In this document: piece by piece, positions 5,772 to 9,735 of the stretch
How the letters are laid out: every line of letters begins with the position of its first letter
Position numbering within the stretch: position 1 is the stretch's first letter
DNA from: a virus
Taxonomy: Duplodnaviria > Heunggongvirae > Uroviricota > Caudoviricetes
Virus record (IMG/VR): IMGVR_UViG_2671180460_000011
Span: 1 to 9,735 of that record
Strand: one strand, 5' to 3'
DNA length: 9,735 nt
Position numbers and translations under genes: made by a program
Notes under the pieces: generated by a model
What the model was told of the DNA's origin: nothing
What the model saw: only the letters and a program-made list of their open reading frames with translations
Database searches by the model: none

Positions 5772-6598
5772 AGAAATTCAAACTCTTTCAGATTCTCCCG
5801 CTTTTTGCCGCCATCCTGCTGGTTGGTTGCGATCGCGTTGAGCCAGGTAATGTGGGCATCAAAGTCAACAAACTGGGCGACGACAAAGGCGTCGGCGAAG
5901 TGGTTGGCGTTGGCCGCTACTGGACTGGCTGGAATACCGAGGTTTACATCTTCCCGACCTTCAAACAAATGAAGACCTACGATGAGCCGTTCAGCTTCCA
6001 GATGAGTGACGGCACAACCATCGGCTATCACATCGGTGTGGCCTACAAGGTTGATCCATCCAAAGTTACTACAGTGTTTCAGACCTACCGCAAAGGCGTG
6101 GATGACATTACCGACACTGACCTGCGCCAGAAGATCGCCGATGCACTCAACCGACTGGCCAGCAAAATGACCACCGACAAATTTATCGACGGCGGGAAAT
6201 CTGAACTACTGGATGCAGCTCTTAAAGACATTCAGGAGGAAATGACACCCATCGGTATTCAGGTAATGAGCCTCTCATATGTGGGTAAGCCGGAGTACCC
6301 GTCAACCGTTATCGACAGCATTAATGCCAAAGTCACGGCAAACCAGAAAACCCTGCAACGCGAACAGGAAGTCAAGCAACGTGAAGCAGAAGCCAACATG
6401 TTGCGCGCAGAAGCTGCCGGACAGGCTGATGCCATTCGCACAAAAGCCCAGGCTGAAGCCGACGCCATTCGTTTGCGTGGTGAAGCTCTGCGCCAGAATC
6501 CCGGTGTTATGGAGCTGGAAGCGATTAACAAATGGAACGGCACGCTACCGCAATACATGACCAGTAACACCGCTGTTCCGTTTGTTCCGGTGAAGTAA
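5768..6598 (+). CDS. SPFH/band-7 (stomatin/HflK/HflC/prohibitin-like) domain lipoprotein, predicted inner-membrane anchored (276 aa)
   Basis: The N-terminus MKKFKLFQILPLFAAILLVGC-D has a signal peptide and lipobox LVGC (Cys21), with Asp at +2, the classical inner-membrane retention signal. The body has SPFH-like composition and a C-terminal Ala/Glu/Gln/Arg-rich coiled-coil (QREQEVKQREAEANMLRAEAAGQADAIRTKAQAEADAIRLRGEAL) typical of band-7 proteins. Confidence 0.8.
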   Translation: MKKFKLFQILPLFAAILLVGCDRVEPGNVGIKVNKLGDDKGVGEVVGVGRYWTGWNTEVYIFPTFKQMKTYDEPFSFQMSDGTTIGYHIGVAYKVDPSKVTTVFQTYRKGVDDITDTDLRQKIADALNRLASKMTTDKFIDGGKSELLDAALKDIQEEMTPIGIQVMSLSYVGKPEYPSTVIDSINAKVTANQKTLQREQEVKQREAEANMLRAEAAGQADAIRTKAQAEADAIRLRGEALRQNPGVMELEAINKWNGTLPQYMTSNTAVPFVPVK

Positions 6599-6605
6599 TT
6601 CAACC

Positions 6606-6627
6606 CGGCCAGTGAAACCGCTGGCCG
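6606..6627. other. Hairpin (CGGCCAG / 8-nt loop / CTGGCCG) 8 nt after the SPFH stop; no T-tract on either strand
   Basis: 7-bp perfect stem seen in sequence. Not a canonical intrinsic terminator; possibly an RNA-stability or processing element. Confidence 0.3.
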
Positions 6628-6665
6628 AAAATATAACGAATAAACAAAAAGCCAGAGGACAGAGC

Positions 6666-6812
6666 ATGCACAAAGCCTTTGAACGATGGATGCGCCAGCG
6701 TTACGGCAATCGCTATGACCTGACAAGGGATGTTGATGGCTACTACTGCCGCGAAATTGTGAAACGAATGTTTGAAGTGTGGTGTCACGCTCGCGGCCTG
6801 TACGCCGTGTAA
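6666..6812 (+). CDS. Hypothetical small protein (48 aa)
   Basis: ATG 6666 with AGAGGA at 6654-6659. The ORF track's longer version starts at a GTG (6612) inside the upstream hairpin, so I prefer 6666. No family recognised. Confidence 0.4.
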   Translation: MHKAFERWMRQRYGNRYDLTRDVDGYYCREIVKRMFEVWCHARGLYAV

Positions 6813-6951
6813 TCCATGTCACTGTCAGAAGATTAACCCATGTACACACAAAAAAACCGCTTGCCATGCCGTAATCAGTCAGGTTACATTTCCGCTGCAC
6901 CTCATAAAACGGGTGCCGGGTTTCGCAGCCTGCTGACTAGCAAAGCGCACA

Positions 6952-6971
6952 ACCGCGCCAGCGGTTTTTTT
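6952..6971 (+). terminator. Candidate Rho-independent terminator ending the long early operon
   Basis: ACCGC-GCCA-GCGGT hairpin (5-bp stem, 4-nt loop) immediately followed by T7 (6965-6971). The stem is short, so strength is uncertain. Confidence 0.45.
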
Positions 6972-7150
6972 GTGCGTACCGTATCGCCACGTCTTTTTCG
7001 CACACGAATTATGGTGGGGCGTATGGGGCCGACTTCGGTCGGGCCGGGTTCTTTGCTAGCCGGTACTGCGAACCTCGTACGTCTCGCCACCCACAGTTTC
7101 GCAGCTCTGGATGGTGAGTTTTCACAACTTACTAGCAAAGAGGCCACACC

Positions 7151-7378
7151 ATGGCAAACCGCAAACAGCGCGCATACGCTGCGCGTCGTCACATCCAGAC
7201 TGAAATCGATCGCAGACTCACCCGCGCTGCACACATCGCCTTTATCATGCAATCCAACACATTGCACAGACTCAACAGCACTATTTCAGCCGACTACTGC
7301 GCCGCTGTATTCAGCTATCTGGCGGAAGACCTCCTGTCTCTTCAGGATCTCATCCAGCAGCAAAACAAACTCCATTAA
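7151..7378 (+). CDS. Hypothetical phage protein (75 aa)
   Basis: ATG 7151 with AAGAGG at 7138-7143. No family recognised. Confidence 0.5.
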   Translation: MANRKQRAYAARRHIQTEIDRRLTRAAHIAFIMQSNTLHRLNSTISADYCAAVFSYLAEDLLSLQDLIQQQNKLH

Positions 7379-7450
7379 TTACGGTACCAGGTCTCTCCTG
7401 CACTTTGCGGCGGGAGGCCTGCGCACATCTTTAACAAAGCGAGGTGCAGC

Positions 7451-7840
7451 ATGATTGACCGTCATGACTTCGTAAAATGGGTGCGCACACAGGACACCCG
7501 TCTGGCTCCAAAACTTCAGGCAATGTTTGATCTCTATCTCCGTGCCCGTGCCAGCCAGGCACGCACCACAAAACCGGAGAACACAGACACCCTTTATTTC
7601 ACCGTGGACGACTGTTACCGCGTGGTCTTCACACCACACGGTCTGGCCCTGTACACCCTGACACCACGCAGCGACTCCCTGCTGGCGTATTACAACTCCC
7701 CGGCTTCTGTATTTGCAGCCATACTGGCGCATCGCACCGCTGGCGGGTGTGCATCGCTGAATGAATACACCGCTGAATTTAACCGCCTGTCCGCCCTCTT
7801 CTCGCAGGAGTGGCAGCGCGTGACGGGATACCAGCCATGA
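7451..7840 (+). CDS. Hypothetical phage protein (129 aa), translationally coupled to gene A
   Basis: ATG 7451 with GAGG at 7441-7444. Stop TGA 7838-7840 overlaps the ATG 7837 of A (ATGA). Confidence 0.55.
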   Translation: MIDRHDFVKWVRTQDTRLAPKLQAMFDLYLRARASQARTTKPENTDTLYFTVDDCYRVVFTPHGLALYTLTPRSDSLLAYYNSPASVFAAILAHRTAGGCASLNEYTAEFNRLSALFSQEWQRVTGYQP

Positions 7841-9735
7841 GTGAGTTTGCATGGAGCTGGAATGAACCGCAGCCAGCCATTGATCCGGACGACTTCGCGA
7901 ACTTCAGTCGGTTGCCAAAAACCGGACTGCAACGCGCCATTCGTTACTACCGCGAAGCGGACAAAAAGGCTCAGGAAGAACAGGAAGCGAAGGAAGAAGC
8001 CCTTTTCGCACAATCCGATACAGGCAAAAAACTCATGGCGTCCCTTGAGGAAGCCGGGCAACGCGAAAAACTGATAAAAAACATCATCAGTAAGCGCCAG
8101 GAAATAAAGCAAGACCCGGTGGCCCGTGCCTTTGCCAAACTGAAGGCACTTCCCGTTTATTTGCGTGCCCCCCTGAGCCGCCGCCTCTCTTTTTTGCGTA
8201 AAAAGCAAGAGTCAGACCGCCAGAAAGGGAAAAAAGCCAGTCAGGCTGACGGGTACGCGCAGGGAACGCTGCGCAAGATATTCGAACGTCTGGACCGCAC
8301 CGACCGCCGCTGGCTGACCCCGGCTTATTGCGCCCTTGCCGGACGTGAACGCCTGGACGATTTGCTGTACCTGCCGCAGCTTAACAAGCACCAGATACAG
8401 ACGCTGGCCACCATGACTGCGGCGATGTTCAGCTGCACCTTCGAAAAACTCTGCGATGGCTTTGGCGCGACTGATGGCGAGCTGACCATGGATGTAACGC
8501 TGAAGGCATATCAGATGCTGGCCCGCATGGCGTTACACCTGCACGCCATGCCGCCACATTATGACGCACTGACAACAGATAAAGACCGGAGGAACGAACC
8601 GGACACGGAGCTGCTGCCGGGCGCAATCCTTCGCCTGACCTGTGCGGAATGGTGGAAACGCAAACTGTGGCTGTTACGTTGCGAGTGGAGAGAAGAACAA
8701 CTCCGCGCCGCCTGTCTGGTTTCCAGAAAAACATCACCCTATCTGAGCCAGGACGCGTTAAGCGAGTTTCGCGCACAGCGCGAGAAAACACGCGATTTCC
8801 TGAAAAGTTTCATGCTGGAAAATGAAGACGGGTTCACGATTGATCTCGAGACGGTGTATTACGCGGGAGTAAGTAACCCGGTTCACCGTAAGGCAGAAAT
8901 GATGGCCACCATGAAGGGACTGGAACTTCTGGCCGAAGCCCGTGGCGACAGAGCGGTGTTTCTGACCGTCACCTGCCCGTCAAAATACCACGCAACAACG
9001 GAGAACGGTCATCCGAACCCCAAATGGAACGGGGCCACCATGCGCGATTCCAGCGATTACCTGGTTAACACGTTTTTTAAGGCGGTCCGCAAAAAACTGA
9101 ACCGCGACGGCCTGCGCTGGTATGGCATTCGCACGGTGGAGCCTCACCATGACGGCACCGTGCACTGGCACATGATGGTCTTTGCACATCCGGAAGAAAT
9201 CGACAGCATCGTGGACATCACCCGTGATATTGCCATTCGCGAAGACCGCCACGAGCTGGGCAATGACATAACTCCGCGCTTTAAGGCAGAGTACGTCGAC
9301 GGTTCGAAAGGTACGCCGACCAGCTACATCGCCACCTACATCGGAAAGAACCTGGACAGCCGCGCCGTGGATGGCATTGACCCGAAAACAGGCAAACCGC
9401 GCATCGACGACGAATCAGGAAAGACGATGGCAGAAAGCGTGGAACGCGCCATCGGCTGGGCGCGCCTTCACCGGGTCCGCCAGTTCCAGTTCTTTGGCAT
9501 CCCCTCCCGTCAGGTATGGCGTGAACTGCGCCGCCTTGCCTGTCAGATGGCACGTAACCCACAGGGACCGCAACGTCTGGAAAATGACGCAATGGATGCG
9601 GTTCTTGCTGCCGCTGATGCCGGATGTTTTGCCACCTACATAGAGAAACAGGGCGGCGTGCTTGTTCCACGCAAAGACTACCTGATTCGCACCGCCTACG
9701 ACCTCGCAGATGAGCTGAACGATTACGGCGAACAG
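7837..9735 (+). CDS. A: Rolling-circle replication initiator endonuclease, P2 gpA family; 3' end lies beyond the window
   Basis: Frame open from ATG 7837 to the window end (633 codons); I checked it codon by codon. Absent from the ORF track, presumably because no stop lies in the window. Contains the HUH-type motif EPHHDGTVHWHMMVF (HWH at 9162-9170). Its position as last gene of the early operon fits P2 A. Confidence 0.85.
   Translation, partial: MSEFAWSWNEPQPAIDPDDFANFSRLPKTGLQRAIRYYREADKKAQEEQEAKEEALFAQSDTGKKLMASLEEAGQREKLIKNIISKRQEIKQDPVARAFAKLKALPVYLRAPLSRRLSFLRKKQESDRQKGKKASQADGYAQGTLRKIFERLDRTDRRWLTPAYCALAGRERLDDLLYLPQLNKHQIQTLATMTAAMFSCTFEKLCDGFGATDGELTMDVTLKAYQMLARMALHLHAMPPHYDALTTDKDRRNEPDTELLPGAILRLTCAEWWKRKLWLLRCEWREEQLRAACLVSRKTSPYLSQDALSEFRAQREKTRDFLKSFMLENEDGFTIDLETVYYAGVSNPVHRKAEMMATMKGLELLAEARGDRAVFLTVTCPSKYHATTENGHPNPKWNGATMRDSSDYLVNTFFKAVRKKLNRDGLRWYGIRTVEPHHDGTVHWHMMVFAHPEEIDSIVDITRDIAIREDRHELGNDITPRFKAEYVDGSKGTPTSYIATYIGKNLDSRAVDGIDPKTGKPRIDDESGKTMAESVERAIGWARLHRVRQFQFFGIPSRQVWRELRRLACQMARNPQGPQRLENDAMDAVLAAADAGCFATYIEKQGGVLVPRKDYLIRTAYDLADELNDYGEQ

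Larger units (their letters stand above)
518..9735. mobile_element. P2-family prophage, integrase-proximal end (int-C-cox-early operon-A); extends beyond the window on the right
   Basis: Gene order and orientation int(-) C(-) cox(+) ... A(+) is the P2 immunity/replication layout. The left boundary is approximate and placed at the att-core-like sequence. Confidence 0.75.

Noticed and set aside
5267-6900. ORFs 5267-5497 (-), 5435-5746 (+), 5546-6031 (-), 6259-6900 (-), 6279-6560 (+), 6600-6788 (-)
   Set aside because: Antisense or out-of-frame relative to the coupled + strand gene chain and the SPFH gene; low-complexity, nonsense-like translations.
7012-7093. tRNA-like element (7-bp terminal pairing 7012-7018 with 7083-7089, followed by CCA)
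   Set aside because: No T-loop consensus at the expected position, no D-arm or anticodon arm of the right geometry, and the length does not fit a cloverleaf. Treated as part of the structured region instead.
6840-7454. 204-aa + ORF and 121-aa - ORF (6902-7267) spanning the structured intergenic region
   Set aside because: Both read through the terminator hairpin and repeats and overlap the 7151 gene out of frame; Ser/Arg/Thr-rich low-complexity translation with no RBS.
7379-7852. 157-aa - ORF and 172-aa - ORF (7690-8208)
   Set aside because: Antisense to the 7451 gene and to gene A; Cys/Arg-rich composition typical of GC-rich antisense frames.
1-9735. CRISPR arrays, rRNA or tRNA genes, IS elements
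   Set aside because: No regularly spaced direct repeats, no terminal inverted repeats flanking a transposase-like ORF, and no rRNA/tRNA-like sequence found on inspection.

Overview
This window is the integrase-proximal end of a P2-family temperate prophage inserted beside the host chpS(-chpB) toxin-antitoxin locus. Left to right: host chpS antitoxin (1-252, -) with a palindromic operator; a ~285-bp junction holding a P2-att-core-like sequence; P2-type tyrosine integrase (544-1539, -); P2 C-type repressor (1606-1899, -); a face-to-face promoter/operator switch; a Cox-like gene (2014-2439, +); then an unusually long (~5.4 kb) rightward early operon of about 14 small, mostly unrecognisable genes ending in the rolling-circle replication initiator gene A (7837 to window end, truncated). 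My best candidate for an undescribed system is a translationally coupled 2-TM membrane protein plus inner-membrane SPFH/band-7 lipoprotein (5568-6598). Other stand-outs are an AT-rich convergent two-gene insert (2544-3134), an unlisted 45-aa membrane peptide with an adjacent AT-rich 136-aa gene (4175-4791), and a 338-bp repeat-rich structured non-coding region (6813-7150). No rRNA, tRNA or CRISPR array was found. Everything rests on reading the sequence and recalled family knowledge; no database search or folding was run, and composition statements are by eye.
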